A stretch of 64,000 bases of DNA from positions 2,859 through 66,858 of the forward strand of contig JBEEJY010000006.1 in assembly GCA_041168925.1 (NCBI GenBank), in the 5' to 3' direction. Position 1 is the first letter of the stretch; the number at the start of each line of letters is the position of its first letter. The position numbers were made by a program, and so were the translations under genes. Positions 45,258 to 58,065 of the stretch are shown piece after piece. A model generated the notes under the pieces. That model had not been told where the DNA came from. It saw only the letters and a program-made list of their open reading frames with translations, and did not search any database. The DNA comes from Candidatus Parcubacteria bacterium (GTDB taxonomy: Bacteria > Patescibacteriota > Minisyncoccia > Phycocordibacterales > UBA2100).

Positions 45258-45968
45258 TCAGCTGATGAATCTGAATTCTTTGAAAACGCTCTCGTAGAGC
45301 GAAATGACGCGGCGCACCTCGCGCGGGCTCAAGAGATTCGCGTCGGGTTGATGAACGACGCGATTGCGCACACGATGCGCCTCCCACGCGCGATCGAGCG
45401 TCTGGAATGTCGTTCGATCGGCATTGCGCATTTTGTCGGCCATCGTTTCCCCTTTCAATCCAAGCACGTCGAGCAGTTCGTTGAGCATGATGTCTGCTTC
45501 GAGAATTGCCACGCGCCTGCTTTGTTCGGAATCCGACGCCGCTTGTTCGATTATGCGCTGCCAGCGCAGGTGTGTTTTCGGGACATCGCGGGCAGCGACA
45601 GAGCGCTGTGCGTGCGAGAAGCGGCGACGCTCCAGTTGCCGCACCTGGAACATTCGGATCGTGCAATAGAGGATAAGCGTGGTGAGTGCCAGGGAAATGA
45701 GGAGCGAAAACGCCACGAAACCGCTCCACCTCTGGAACAGTGCATCATACGCTCCGGGCGGCGAGGCGGTTTGCAGGTACTGTACGACCTGCGGCGCCGT
45801 TACAGGATTCGCGAGCGTCATTGAGAGCGCGGGTGACACGTCGGAAGGCGCTGGAGCGCCGGTGCCGACTGCGGTTTCGACGGCACCCGGCACCCATTTG
45901 AACGCGACTTCGCTCAAAAACCAAAGCGCCCACCCGAGATTGGTGCCTGCCGAGGCGTCCGGACTCAT
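45258..45968 (-). CDS. Hypothetical membrane protein
   Basis: 236 aa with a Pro/Ala-rich N-terminus, one central TM helix (FVAFSLLISLALTTLILYCTI), and a charged C-terminal domain. Confidence 0.5.
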   Translation of the reverse strand: MSPDASAGTNLGWALWFLSEVAFKWVPGAVETAVGTGAPAPSDVSPALSMTLANPVTAPQVVQYLQTASPPGAYDALFQRWSGFVAFSLLISLALTTLILYCTIRMFQVRQLERRRFSHAQRSVAARDVPKTHLRWQRIIEQAASDSEQSRRVAILEADIMLNELLDVLGLKGETMADKMRNADRTTFQTLDRAWEAHRVRNRVVHQPDANLLSPREVRRVISLYESVFKEFRFIS

Positions 45969-45980
45969 TGGAAAAGTATA

Positions 45981-47396
45981 CTACGCGTTTTCTATCTCTT
46001 TCCCGATTCTGAACAGCACATCCTCGCTCTGATTCGCGCCGATGATCTGCAAACCGACCGGCAGCTTCAAGCCGTCGCGCTCGACGCTTCCCATCGGGAT
46101 CGCAAGGGCCGGGATCCCCGCGAGGTTAACCGGCACCGAAAAGATATCCTCCGCATACATCGCGAGCGGATCGCTCGCTTTTTCTCCGATTTTAAACGCC
46201 GGCGACGGCGTCGTCGGCAACGCAATCGCGTCTACGCTCTCGAATGCGCGCGAGAATTCTTCCGTAATGAGCGAACGAACGGCGCGAGCCTTGCGGTAGT
46301 AGGCATCGGCGTATCCCGCGGAGAGGACGAACGTGCCGACGAGAATCCGACGACGAGTCTCTCTGCCAAAACCCCGCGCCCGCGTTTTCGCGTAGGAATC
46401 CATCATTGTCTCGGCCGGCACGGAGAGCCCGTAGCGCACGCCGTCAAGCCGCGCAAGGTTCGTGGAAACTTCCGCGGGCATGACGATGTAATAGACAGCG
46501 AGTCCGTACGGCAAGGTGGGCAGCTCGATATCGCGCACTTCGTACCCGGCGTTCTCCAATACGCGAAGAGAGCGTTCAAATGCTTCGAGCAAATCCGCGT
46601 CTATGCCGCTTTTGAGAAATGCGCGCGGCACACCGATCCTCTTGCGCTCGGGATCTTTCTTTCCGACGCCATCAGGCAAAGAGGTGCTGTCGTTCGCGTC
46701 GTGTCCGCGGACGGCATCGAAAAGAATTTTCGCATCTTCGACCGTTTTTGCGAGCGGGCCGATTTGATCGAGGCTCGAGCCCATCGCGATAAGACCGGAA
46801 CGGGAGACGGCACCATAGGTGGGCTTGAGCCCGACCAAGCCGCAGTGCGCCGCGGGCTGGCGGATTGAGCCTCCCGTATCGCTTCCAAGCGCCGCAAGCG
46901 CGAGGTCGGCGGCGACAGCGGCCGCCGAACCGCCGGAAGAACCGCCCGGCACCCGCGCGCGGTCGTGCGGATTCTTGGTCGGACCGAATGCGGAATTCTC
47001 CGTCGAACTCCCCATCGCGAATTCGTCCATATTGGTACGACCGAGAAATATCGCGCCGTGTTCTTTCAGCTTCTGTATGACGTTTGCATCGTAGCTCGCG
47101 CGATAGTTTTCGAGCATTTTCGAAGCGGCCGACGCGATGCGTCCCTCGATGAGAATGTTGTCCTTGATCGCAAGAGGGATGCCCGTAAGCGGACGAGACG
47201 TTGCCGATGCAATCATCGCGTCGGCCGCTTTCGCCTCCGCGCGCGCGGAATCAGCCCACACTTCGAGGTACGCGCGTATCTCCACGTCTTTTTCCGCGAT
47301 AGCGTCGAGATACGCGTTCGTGAGTTCAAGCGCGGAATATTCTTTCGCATCCAACGATCTTCGCGCCGCCGCAATCGTGAGCCTCGAAAGATCCAT
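45981..47396 (-). CDS. gatA: Glutamyl-tRNA(Gln) / Asp-tRNA(Asn) amidotransferase subunit A
   Basis: The amidase signature GGSSGGSAAAVAA and Ser-cisSer-Lys triad context are present. It is 471 aa and follows gatC. Confidence 0.95.
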   Translation of the reverse strand: MDLSRLTIAAARRSLDAKEYSALELTNAYLDAIAEKDVEIRAYLEVWADSARAEAKAADAMIASATSRPLTGIPLAIKDNILIEGRIASAASKMLENYRASYDANVIQKLKEHGAIFLGRTNMDEFAMGSSTENSAFGPTKNPHDRARVPGGSSGGSAAAVAADLALAALGSDTGGSIRQPAAHCGLVGLKPTYGAVSRSGLIAMGSSLDQIGPLAKTVEDAKILFDAVRGHDANDSTSLPDGVGKKDPERKRIGVPRAFLKSGIDADLLEAFERSLRVLENAGYEVRDIELPTLPYGLAVYYIVMPAEVSTNLARLDGVRYGLSVPAETMMDSYAKTRARGFGRETRRRILVGTFVLSAGYADAYYRKARAVRSLITEEFSRAFESVDAIALPTTPSPAFKIGEKASDPLAMYAEDIFSVPVNLAGIPALAIPMGSVERDGLKLPVGLQIIGANQSEDVLFRIGKEIENA

Positions 47397-47398
47397 GG

Positions 47399-50329
<2,931 letters not shown>

Positions 50330-50332
50330 ACG

Positions 50333-50989
50333 CTACGAAGAGGTGCCGGCTCCGTCATTGACCCAGCGATAGAGATTCTCGGAGATCGTGAAGTTCTTGA
50401 TCTCAAATGCGCCTGTTCGCCAGGTGATCGTCACGGATACCCGTATCTCGTTGTGACCGCTGTCGACGTAGGCGGCCCGCACCATGCGAGTGAAATTCGT
50501 GTTCGTCCATCCGGTTCCGTATCCGTACAAGGTCCCATCGGTTTGAAGCGGAGGACAGGCGCTCTGCGGACATTCGGCTATCGAAGTAGAGGAATCGCCC
50601 GTATGGGCGTCGACGGTGAAGGGTCTTGCGCTCGCAAGCGATGTGCCGATCAGTCCCCTGTCCTCAAGAGGGCCGAAAATACTGACCGACGAAGCGTTTG
50701 CCGTGAGCGCGATCGTCAGTATTTGCGAATCTCGGATGCTTCGCAGCGCCTCGATCGCCTCCTGCGCCATGTAGAAAGCGGTGATCTGATCGCGCGCGTA
50801 ATAGGCAGACGCGAGGCTTTGCGCCGTGAGCGACATCGGAGCGACGATCGCTACGGTGAGAAGCGAGATGGCCACCAAGGTCTCGATGAGAGTGAATCCG
50901 GCGTTTTCCGCATATTTGAAAAACGTGGTCTTCTTTCCTTCGCCATCAGGACGGATTCGAGAAGGTCGATTTTTTAGGTGCCGGGTCAT
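50333..50989 (-). CDS. Type IV pilin-like protein (minor pilin)
   Basis: The class III signal AGFTLIETLVAISLLTVAIVAPMS has Gly-1, Phe+1 and Glu+5. Confidence 0.7.
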   Translation of the reverse strand: MTRHLKNRPSRIRPDGEGKKTTFFKYAENAGFTLIETLVAISLLTVAIVAPMSLTAQSLASAYYARDQITAFYMAQEAIEALRSIRDSQILTIALTANASSVSIFGPLEDRGLIGTSLASARPFTVDAHTGDSSTSIAECPQSACPPLQTDGTLYGYGTGWTNTNFTRMVRAAYVDSGHNEIRVSVTITWRTGAFEIKNFTISENLYRWVNDGAGTSS

Positions 50990-51585
50990 AGATCGAGAAC
51001 ACGCTGCACAGCGGTCGCTTCGATATGGAACGTCGTGACGGCCGAGGAACCGGCGGCACCTGCGCTTCCCCGTATCACAATGACGACTTTGGGCTGAACG
51101 GTGTCCGTCTTTTGCGTGCCGACCACATAGAATTGCATGTCGTCGATCGTGACTTCTGGAGCGGTAATCGCCACCGCGGTCTGATTGTTTTCGGATTTCT
51201 CAATTTGATGCGTCGAGCTATTGAAACTGTAGGTCCATTTCTGCGAACCGCAGCTTCCCGACAAGCAATACGGACGAAATGAAAGGGTGGCCGATCCGTG
51301 CGAGCAATCCGTCGCATACTCGCTCGAGTGATTGTTGCAGTTTATGGATGCGTCGTAGTTGCTACCCATGCGGATCGAGCGCACCAGGCCGTCGAGGGTG
51401 ATGTTCAGGTTGTTCATGACGGACTGCAGCGCGTGAGCCTTGCGATTCGCATTGACGAGAGCCAGAAGCGTGCTTACGCATACGAGTATGACGACCGCGA
51501 ACAATGCGATGGCGACGATCATCTCAACGAGCGTGAAGCCACTCGAGCCATTTTTTATTTTCTTTCGCGACGTCTCGTTTCTCAT
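50986..51585 (-). CDS. Type IV pilin-like protein (minor pilin)
   Basis: Start set to the ATG at 51585 (MRNETSRKKIKNGSSGFTLVEMIVAIALFAVV) rather than the long ORF-track extension. The leader carries the G/FTLVE signal. The Cys-containing C-terminal domain and the 4-nt overlap with the downstream pilin suggest coupling. Confidence 0.65.
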   Translation of the reverse strand: MRNETSRKKIKNGSSGFTLVEMIVAIALFAVVILVCVSTLLALVNANRKAHALQSVMNNLNITLDGLVRSIRMGSNYDASINCNNHSSEYATDCSHGSATLSFRPYCLSGSCGSQKWTYSFNSSTHQIEKSENNQTAVAITAPEVTIDDMQFYVVGTQKTDTVQPKVVIVIRGSAGAAGSSAVTTFHIEATAVQRVLDL

Positions 51586-51589
51586 GGCG

Positions 51590-52186
51590 CTACGAACTGG
51601 TACGGCGTACCGAGATTTGGCCGTTAGCCTCGACGACGATGTCCATGCGCTCTCCTCGAGGAGAGACCACGGTGATGCGCAGGGCTCTCTGACAGAGACT
51701 GGTGTCGACCACGCAGGAGGCTCCCGCATTACTGATCCACGCATCAGGTTCGGGACGCACGAAAATAACATCCACGCTGCCGACGCCGCAAATCTCGCTT
51801 GCCCCGGTTTGGGGCGGCGTGACGCAGAGATCCGAAATTTTGTATCCTTGCGCGATGGTCGTTTGCTGTACGATTTCACTCGCATTCTGCGCCGGATCGA
51901 ATATGCCCGTCCCGGCCGAGTCGGCAAACAGAACATAGGTATTCGGGCTCGAAAGCGCGAAGTGCATGCCGTACCCCGCGCTGAATGTTGATGAGCCGAA
52001 GCGCTGTACCGATATTCCGTACACCTGCGCTTGGCGGATGGAAAGACCGATGTCGTAGGCAAGACTCTCGAGCTGGACGATGCCTCCGAAGCGGTTGTTG
52101 TTCGCAAGAACGACGCTCGTCACGACGACGATGATGGCCGTTACGACAAGAAGTTCCACCAGCGTAAAACCCCGAGTACCTCTCAC
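51590..52186 (-). CDS. Type IV pilin-like protein (minor pilin)
   Basis: The leader ...VRGTRGFTLVELLVVTAIIVVV is read from a candidate GTG start at 52184..52186. This GTG overlaps the TGA stop of the upstream prepilin peptidase as GTGA. The alternative ATG at 52258 would give a 30-aa leader that overlaps pilD by 75 nt. Confidence 0.55.
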   Translation of the reverse strand: MRGTRGFTLVELLVVTAIIVVVTSVVLANNNRFGGIVQLESLAYDIGLSIRQAQVYGISVQRFGSSTFSAGYGMHFALSSPNTYVLFADSAGTGIFDPAQNASEIVQQTTIAQGYKISDLCVTPPQTGASEICGVGSVDVIFVRPEPDAWISNAGASCVVDTSLCQRALRITVVSPRGERMDIVVEANGQISVRRTSS

Positions 52187-53088
52187 TGGAGCGGAAACAG
52201 ACGGGCGAGCAAATCGAAACCGTACAACATTGAGTACCAAAGAATGAAGCAGCTGCATATGAGAAAAGGCCCGAATGGGATCTCGCTTTTCATTGTAAAC
52301 CCCGGCCCGTCGTTCGAAATGGCTTTTCCCCACGGTGAGACGGGGAGCGGGATATCTCGCATAAATGAACGCCAGCGTTCTGATGAGACGACCAGCAAGG
52401 GTATGCTTACGACGCCCCCGATTATGAATGCAAGGACGATCGACGCAAGGCCATGCACCGGACCAAGCAGCCAACCGATCCCGAGAGCGAGCTTCACGTC
52501 GCCAAATCCCATCCAAGCGCCGCGGGAAAACATCCAGAGCGCGAAGAGCGGCAGCGCCGAGAGCGGGCCGGCGAGGAGGTACGGGAGCATTGATTGGTCG
52601 GATTGCAATAGTGCGCCAAACGGAGGAAAAATAGAGAGAAACGCGAGCGCGTCGAAAGTGTATACCCATGCGTCGGGAATGATCGTATGATACAGATCAT
52701 AGACGGCGATCGCGATGAGAAGCGCCGCGATGGCGCAGAAGATCGCTCGATACTCGTATCCGGGAAAGGGGGCGCCCCCGATCAGCGCGAACGCGACGGC
52801 AGTGAAGAGTTCGACGAGCGGATACTGGATCGATATCCTTTCTTTGCAGCCGCCGCAACGGCCGCGCAAGAAGATCCACGAGAACACCGGTATCATTTCG
52901 TACCACCGCAACTGGCGGGCGCAGCGGGGACACTGGCTCCTGCCACGCAACGTGCGCGCGTCGTATCGCAAGATAAGCACGTTGAGAAAGCTGCCGATGA
53001 TGAGACCGAAAAGGCCGAACACGAGCGCGATCACGATATGAGTATACCCGAAAAACCCGCCGTTCGGCGGGTTTTTATCACTTTTCAA
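52183..53088 (-). CDS. pilD: Prepilin peptidase (A24 family, PilD-type) with N-terminal zinc-ribbon domain
   Basis: CPRCARQLRWYEMIPVFSWIFLRGRCGGCKE (tetra-Cys N-terminal domain) is followed by the A24 membrane domain with conserved Asp residues. 301 aa. Confidence 0.85.
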   Translation of the reverse strand: MKSDKNPPNGGFFGYTHIVIALVFGLFGLIIGSFLNVLILRYDARTLRGRSQCPRCARQLRWYEMIPVFSWIFLRGRCGGCKERISIQYPLVELFTAVAFALIGGAPFPGYEYRAIFCAIAALLIAIAVYDLYHTIIPDAWVYTFDALAFLSIFPPFGALLQSDQSMLPYLLAGPLSALPLFALWMFSRGAWMGFGDVKLALGIGWLLGPVHGLASIVLAFIIGGVVSIPLLVVSSERWRSFMRDIPLPVSPWGKAISNDGPGFTMKSEIPFGPFLICSCFILWYSMLYGFDLLARLFPLQ

Positions 53089-53094
53089 ACTGAA

Positions 53095-53595
53095 TCACGG
53101 TTTGACGCAGTAGACGACCTCGCTCGATAAGCCCGCGTTCGCGCTGCAATCGGTCGCTGAACCGTTGATCGTGATCGCTTGGGCCGCATCGCTATCACTC
53201 GACAGAGCGCTGTGGCCCGCAGTCTCAAGAATCGCGCCGAGCGCATAGCTCGAACAGATCGTGGCGCTGTTGTCGCAGCTGGCCGGAAGCGCCACAAAGC
53301 CGTATGAATTGCTTCCGCCGCTCGGATCGTTCGGAATCGTGGAAATGTAGCCAGGGGTAACGAGGTTCGCGGTGGTAACACCGGCGGCGAACGTGCCGCC
53401 CGAAGGATACTTGCCATTCGCATCGTAGTAGAGCTCGAGCGCGAGCTGGAGTTGCTTGATGTCCGCGACGCGTCGGGCGTCACGGCCCTTTTTTCGAGCA
53501 CTGTTGAGTGATGCGAGGACAATCGATGAAAGAATCCCTATGATGGCGATGACCACCAGAAGCTCGATAAGGGTGAAGCCGCGTCGTGTATTCAT
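53095..53595 (-). CDS. pilA: Type IV major pilin-like protein (PilA-type)
   Basis: MNTRRGFTLIELLVVIAIIGILSSIVLASLNSARKKG is a canonical short-leader class III signal with a hydrophobic helix. 166 aa with a C-terminal Cys pair. Confidence 0.8.
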   Translation of the reverse strand: MNTRRGFTLIELLVVIAIIGILSSIVLASLNSARKKGRDARRVADIKQLQLALELYYDANGKYPSGGTFAAGVTTANLVTPGYISTIPNDPSGGSNSYGFVALPASCDNSATICSSYALGAILETAGHSALSSDSDAAQAITINGSATDCSANAGLSSEVVYCVKP

Positions 53596-53649
53596 ATGGG
53601 CTCATTATACTGTAGTCGCGCTCCCCTGTCGCCCCTCTGTGGATATCCG

Positions 53650-54858
53650 CTAGAAGGATGAGGCGATGTTATAAATCGGAAGCAAGACAGACGCAAGAAG
53701 GACGGCGACGCCGACTGCCAGAACGACGATCATGAGGGGCTCGATCAAACTGACGAGCGTGTCCACCGCGTTGTTGACCTCGCGGCGATAGAATCGCGCC
53801 ATCGTCTCGAGAATGGTGCCCATGTTGCCCGTTTCTTCGCCGATCTTGATCATAGCAACGACGATGCCGGGAATTTCCGTATGTTTGCGCAGCGCCTCCG
53901 AAAGCGGCAGCCCGCCCTTCACATCGTTCGCCGCTTCCGCGAGGATTTTCTCGTAGACCGCATCGCCGACGACCGAGCCGGTAATCTCGAGACCGCGCAG
54001 GATTTGGATTCCGCTTTTGAGCATGGTCGAAAGGTTGTCGGAGACGCGCGAAAGGAATATCTTTTTATAGATATTGCCGACTGCGGGCATCTCAAGCCGC
54101 GCCCGGGAAAGCATCTCCCGCCCGCGCTCCGTGCGCGAGAATCGGAAAAGGAACCCGACGCCGACAACGAGCAGGATGATGATAAGCAGGATGTAATGCG
54201 CCACGAATGACGACATGGCGATGACGACCTTGGTGTAGATCGGGATATCTTGTCCGACTTCCGCCAACATGTCCGCGAGTTTCGGAATGACGAGCGTCAT
54301 CATGAGCGTCATCACGACAAGAAATGTAAGAATGATGAACGCGGGATACACGAGTGCATTGCGGGCTTTTTGCGTGATCTCGTAGTTGCGATCGAGATAG
54401 TCCGCGAGAAAGGAGAAGGTCTCGTCGAGCTTGCCCGATTCTTCCCCGGCGCGCACCATGTTGACGTAAAAGGCGGAAAACACCTCCGGGTGCCGCGCGA
54501 GCGCCGCGGAGATCGAGCTGCCGCTTTGAAGGTCGTTGGCGACGGCGGTCAGCTTATCGGCGAGCGCAGGCGTGCGCGCTTCCGCCGCAAGGAGCCGAAA
54601 GGCGCGCAGCGCCGACACCTGCGCTTCAAAGAGCGTCGTGATCTGGCGCGAAAGCATGACGATGTCGGCGTTGGTCACGCGGTCGAAAAGCGCGAGGCGC
54701 CGCCCGAGCATCGAGGCGCTCTCGGATGGATCGATACCGGAAATGATGAGGCCGCGGCGCTGCAGTGCGCCGATCGCGACGTCCATGTTGACCGCATCAA
54801 TCGTGCCGTGCCGCTCGTTTCCGTCGACATCGAGCGCGGTGTATTTGAAAAGACTCAT
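53650..54858 (-). CDS. pilC: Type IV pilus platform protein PilC (GspF family)
   Basis: 402 aa with a duplicated T2SSF domain pattern (two cytoplasmic domains each followed by a TM segment); for example ...GLPLSEALRKHTEIPGIVVAMIKIGEETGNMGTILETMARFY. Confidence 0.9.
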   Translation of the reverse strand: MSLFKYTALDVDGNERHGTIDAVNMDVAIGALQRRGLIISGIDPSESASMLGRRLALFDRVTNADIVMLSRQITTLFEAQVSALRAFRLLAAEARTPALADKLTAVANDLQSGSSISAALARHPEVFSAFYVNMVRAGEESGKLDETFSFLADYLDRNYEITQKARNALVYPAFIILTFLVVMTLMMTLVIPKLADMLAEVGQDIPIYTKVVIAMSSFVAHYILLIIILLVVGVGFLFRFSRTERGREMLSRARLEMPAVGNIYKKIFLSRVSDNLSTMLKSGIQILRGLEITGSVVGDAVYEKILAEAANDVKGGLPLSEALRKHTEIPGIVVAMIKIGEETGNMGTILETMARFYRREVNNAVDTLVSLIEPLMIVVLAVGVAVLLASVLLPIYNIASSF

Positions 54859-54874
54859 ACCTCAACCGCGAAGA

Positions 54875-55939
54875 TCATAGCAATTTCTGCAGCACCGCAG
54901 GATTGAGCGAGTATTCGTAGGCCGTTTCGGGAGTGATCTCTCCGCGCGCGACGAGCTCAGCGAGCGAACGGTTCATGTCGATCATGCCTTCGGTCGACCC
55001 GGTCTCGATAACGGTATTTATCTCGTGCGTACGCTTCTCCCGGATCAGGTTCGAGACCGCTTTGTTGTTGATGAGAAGCTCGTACGCGGGAATGAGACCG
55101 CCGGAAATGCGCGGCAAGAGACGCTGTGAAAAAATGCCGGCAAGCGAGGCGGCGAGTTGCAGTCGGATCTGGTCTTGCTGCGAACCCGGAAAAGTATCTA
55201 TGACGCGATCGATCGTCTGGGCCGCGTTGTTGGTGTGCAAGGTCGAAAAGACGAGATGGCCGGTTTCGGCGGCCGTCACGGCGGCCGACATCGTTTCCGG
55301 TCCCCGCATTTCCCCGACCAGAAGCACGTCGACATCCTCGCGAAACGCCGAGACGAGCGCCGAGGCGAAATCTTTGGTGTCGATCCCGACCTCGCGCTGA
55401 TCAATGAGGCTTTGCTTCGGTTCGAAAATATACTCGATCGGATCCTCTATCGTGATGATGTGCTCCATGCGCTCCGTATTGATGAGTTCGATCAGCGAAG
55501 CGAGCGTCGTCGTTTTCCCCTGTCCGACCGGCCCGACGACGAGAAAAAACCCTTGCGATTTGCGCGCGAAGGATTGCAGCACTTCCGGCAGATTGAGTTC
55601 CTGCACCGTTCGAATCGTCTTCGGGATGAGTCGAAGCGCGATGCCGACCGCTCCGCGCTGGAAAAAGGCGTTGCCGCGAAACCGCGTGCTGTCGGCGCTC
55701 TCGAAGGCGAAGTCGAATTCTTGGCGCTCCTCGAAGCGCTTCTCCTGTTCCGGCGTCAGAAGCGCTTTCAGAAACCCGCGCGTGTCTTCCGGCGTCAAGA
55801 CGGGCTCTTTGAGCATCGGCGTCAAGTTGCCCGCGACGCGAATCGTCGGGTGCGCGCCGGTCGAGAAATGCATATCGCTTCCGCCTTCATGGGCGACGAC
55901 ATTGATGTATTTTTTCAGTAATGCGGGATAATCGTTCAT
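54875..55939 (-). CDS. pilT: Type IV pilus retraction ATPase PilT
   Basis: Walker A GPVGQGKTTT, an Asp box, Walker B, and His box HLVFSTLHTNNA. It is 354 aa, with no N-terminal GSPII domain. Confidence 0.9.
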   Translation of the reverse strand: MNDYPALLKKYINVVAHEGGSDMHFSTGAHPTIRVAGNLTPMLKEPVLTPEDTRGFLKALLTPEQEKRFEERQEFDFAFESADSTRFRGNAFFQRGAVGIALRLIPKTIRTVQELNLPEVLQSFARKSQGFFLVVGPVGQGKTTTLASLIELINTERMEHIITIEDPIEYIFEPKQSLIDQREVGIDTKDFASALVSAFREDVDVLLVGEMRGPETMSAAVTAAETGHLVFSTLHTNNAAQTIDRVIDTFPGSQQDQIRLQLAASLAGIFSQRLLPRISGGLIPAYELLINNKAVSNLIREKRTHEINTVIETGSTEGMIDMNRSLAELVARGEITPETAYEYSLNPAVLQKLL

Positions 55940-55951
55940 AGATGAATACTA

Positions 55952-56359
55952 TCAGCCCGCGCGGCCGCGTTTTTGCAGCGCGTCGGAAACCGTGTTGACA
56001 ACTTCCGAGGGGATCATGCTCGCTTTCACGATGTATTGGGACGCGCCGAGATCGGTCGCTTGCTTGCGCTCGTTGTCGTCACTCTGATTGGTGAGCGAGA
56101 TCTTGAGCGCGTCCTCGGCGAGGTGCTCGTCTTTGATCGCTTTCAAAAAAGCGAAACCGTCGAGCTCCGGCATGGTGAGGTCGAAAAGAATGACATCCGG
56201 CTTGAAACCGCCGCGCAGCACGCGGAGCGCCTCATTTCCCGAAATACACGCCTCGACGACGAACCCCGCCTGGGCGAACTTGAGACCGTACATGTTGAGC
56301 AGGAACTTATCGTCATCGAGTAGGAGCACGCTTCCCTTCTGTGCGGTCGCGTCGCTCAT
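55952..56359 (-). CDS. Single-domain response regulator (CheY-like receiver), embedded in the pilus locus
   Basis: The acidic pocket (LLLDDDKFL), the phospho-acceptor Asp in DVILFDLTMPELDG, and the conserved Lys region (SLTNQ...K) are present. 135 aa with no output domain. Confidence 0.8.
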   Translation of the reverse strand: MSDATAQKGSVLLLDDDKFLLNMYGLKFAQAGFVVEACISGNEALRVLRGGFKPDVILFDLTMPELDGFAFLKAIKDEHLAEDALKISLTNQSDDNERKQATDLGASQYIVKASMIPSEVVNTVSDALQKRGRAG

Positions 56360-58062
56360 ACGGTGTTATCTTGCGCGGCTTCTTGACTCGCGGGAGGGCT
56401 CTCAGCGCTTTCTTCGCCGCCCATGAGGAGGGTCGAGAGCGTGCTCACCTCGGAAAACGGAACTAATTTGGCGAAGGCTTTTTGCATGGCGTCTTCCTGC
56501 ATGGTGAGCATCCCCTGTTTGCGCGCGGCCTCCCAGAGTCTTGATTCGACTGGATTATCGAGCACGATGCGCTCGATGTCGGACGACATTTCGAGCACTT
56601 CGAATACGGCCATGCGTCCTCGCAAACCGGTGGGACACGTCGGGGTCCGCTGCGGCTCGTACACGGTCGAGGGAATCGCGAACCGGTACTCGGACGGAAG
56701 CGTTTCAAGCTGCGCTTCGATATTTTTTTTGTCGGACGCGCTCAATGCGGTTTCTTTGGCGCCATCCGGACAAAATGTGCGGACGAGGCGCTGCGCTATC
56801 GCGAGAATAAGCACGGGCGGGATAAGATAGGGCTCGACTCCCATGTCGACGAGGCGCGGAATGACGCCGACGGCATCGTTGGTGTGGATGGTCGAGAGCA
56901 CGAGATGGCCCGTGAGCGCGGCCTGGATCGCGAGCTTGGCAGTCTCGCCGTCGCGAATCTCGCCTACCATGATGACATCCGGATCTTGACGCAGCGTCGT
57001 GCGCAACCCGGTCGCGAAGTTATAGCCGATCTCGGGATGCACTTGCGATTGGATGACGCCGTCGACATAGTATTCGATCGGATCCTCGAGCGAAAGCACG
57101 TTTTTGTGCTCGCGATCGACCTCGGTTAGCATCGAATAGAGCGTCGTCGACTTTCCGCTCCCCGTCGGGCCAGAGATGAGGATGAGGCCGTGCGGCGCGC
57201 TCGCCGCTTTGCGGATCAGTTTTACATTGCGCTCCGTCAGCCCGATCTGGTCGATCGGAATGAAACCTTGCTGGCGATCGAGGATGCGGATCACGACCTT
57301 CTCTCCGTTGTATGACGGGAAGGTAGAGACGCGGAAATCGATCTGGCGATTGTCGATCGAGGCGCTGAAGCGGCCGTCCTGCGGCTTGCGCATTTCGTCG
57401 AGACGGATCGAGGCGAGCACCTTCACGCGCGCGACGAGCGCGCGGTGCGTGTTGATCGGCAGAACGACGCTCGTGTGCAATTCTCCATCGACGCGGTAGC
57501 GCACGCGCACGCCTGACGGTTGCGGCTCGATATGCACGTCGGAGGCCTTGCCGTCGACCGCATAACGCAAAATGGTCGAAACGATCTTGATCGTCGGCGC
57601 GTCTTCCTGAATTTTCGGAGCCGTCTCCCCTGGCCCGCGCCCGATCGAAGGATCGTTGAGATCGATCGGCGCCGCTTCGGCATTCTCGCGAAGTTTTGTT
57701 TTATTGCCGCCTTGTTCTGTTTCAAGATCGCTCACGGCCCGCTGCACTTCCCCGCCCAGACCGCGGTACATGCCGAGCACGCGGTCAAAATCCTCTCGCG
57801 AGATCTGAAAGATTTTGAACGGCATGCCCGATGTGCGCGCGATGAAGTTGAGCGCATCCACGGCCTGAATGTCGTCCGGATCAACCATCCCGACTTCAAG
57901 CACCCCTTCGGCAACGCCGATCGGGACAATGCGGTAGTGCGTCGCCGATTCTTCCGGAATGTATCGAAGCGTCTCGAACGGGATCTTCGTATCGGCGACC
58001 GGGCGCAGGGGGGTGCTTGGAGGAGATACCGGGGCGCTCGCCGCAACTGTCTGCTGAGGCAT
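56356..58062 (-). CDS. pilB: Type IV pilus assembly ATPase PilB (GspE family)
   Basis: Walker A GPTGSGKSTT, a tetra-Cys-less C-terminal domain, an N-terminal GSPII-like domain, and His box HLVLSTIHTNDA. 568 aa. Confidence 0.9.
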   Translation of the reverse strand: MPQQTVAASAPVSPPSTPLRPVADTKIPFETLRYIPEESATHYRIVPIGVAEGVLEVGMVDPDDIQAVDALNFIARTSGMPFKIFQISREDFDRVLGMYRGLGGEVQRAVSDLETEQGGNKTKLRENAEAAPIDLNDPSIGRGPGETAPKIQEDAPTIKIVSTILRYAVDGKASDVHIEPQPSGVRVRYRVDGELHTSVVLPINTHRALVARVKVLASIRLDEMRKPQDGRFSASIDNRQIDFRVSTFPSYNGEKVVIRILDRQQGFIPIDQIGLTERNVKLIRKAASAPHGLILISGPTGSGKSTTLYSMLTEVDREHKNVLSLEDPIEYYVDGVIQSQVHPEIGYNFATGLRTTLRQDPDVIMVGEIRDGETAKLAIQAALTGHLVLSTIHTNDAVGVIPRLVDMGVEPYLIPPVLILAIAQRLVRTFCPDGAKETALSASDKKNIEAQLETLPSEYRFAIPSTVYEPQRTPTCPTGLRGRMAVFEVLEMSSDIERIVLDNPVESRLWEAARKQGMLTMQEDAMQKAFAKLVPFSEVSTLSTLLMGGEESAESPPASQEAAQDNTV

Positions 58063-58065
58063 ATA

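Noticed and set aside
50986-52107. 373-aa and 359-aa extended ORF-track versions of the two pilin genes (50986..52107 and 51590..52669).
   Set aside because: The first 170 and 137 codons are Arg/Ser/Ala-rich, overlap the upstream genes, and precede the obvious prepilin leader (G/FTLVE). Genes trimmed to starts at 51585 and 52186.
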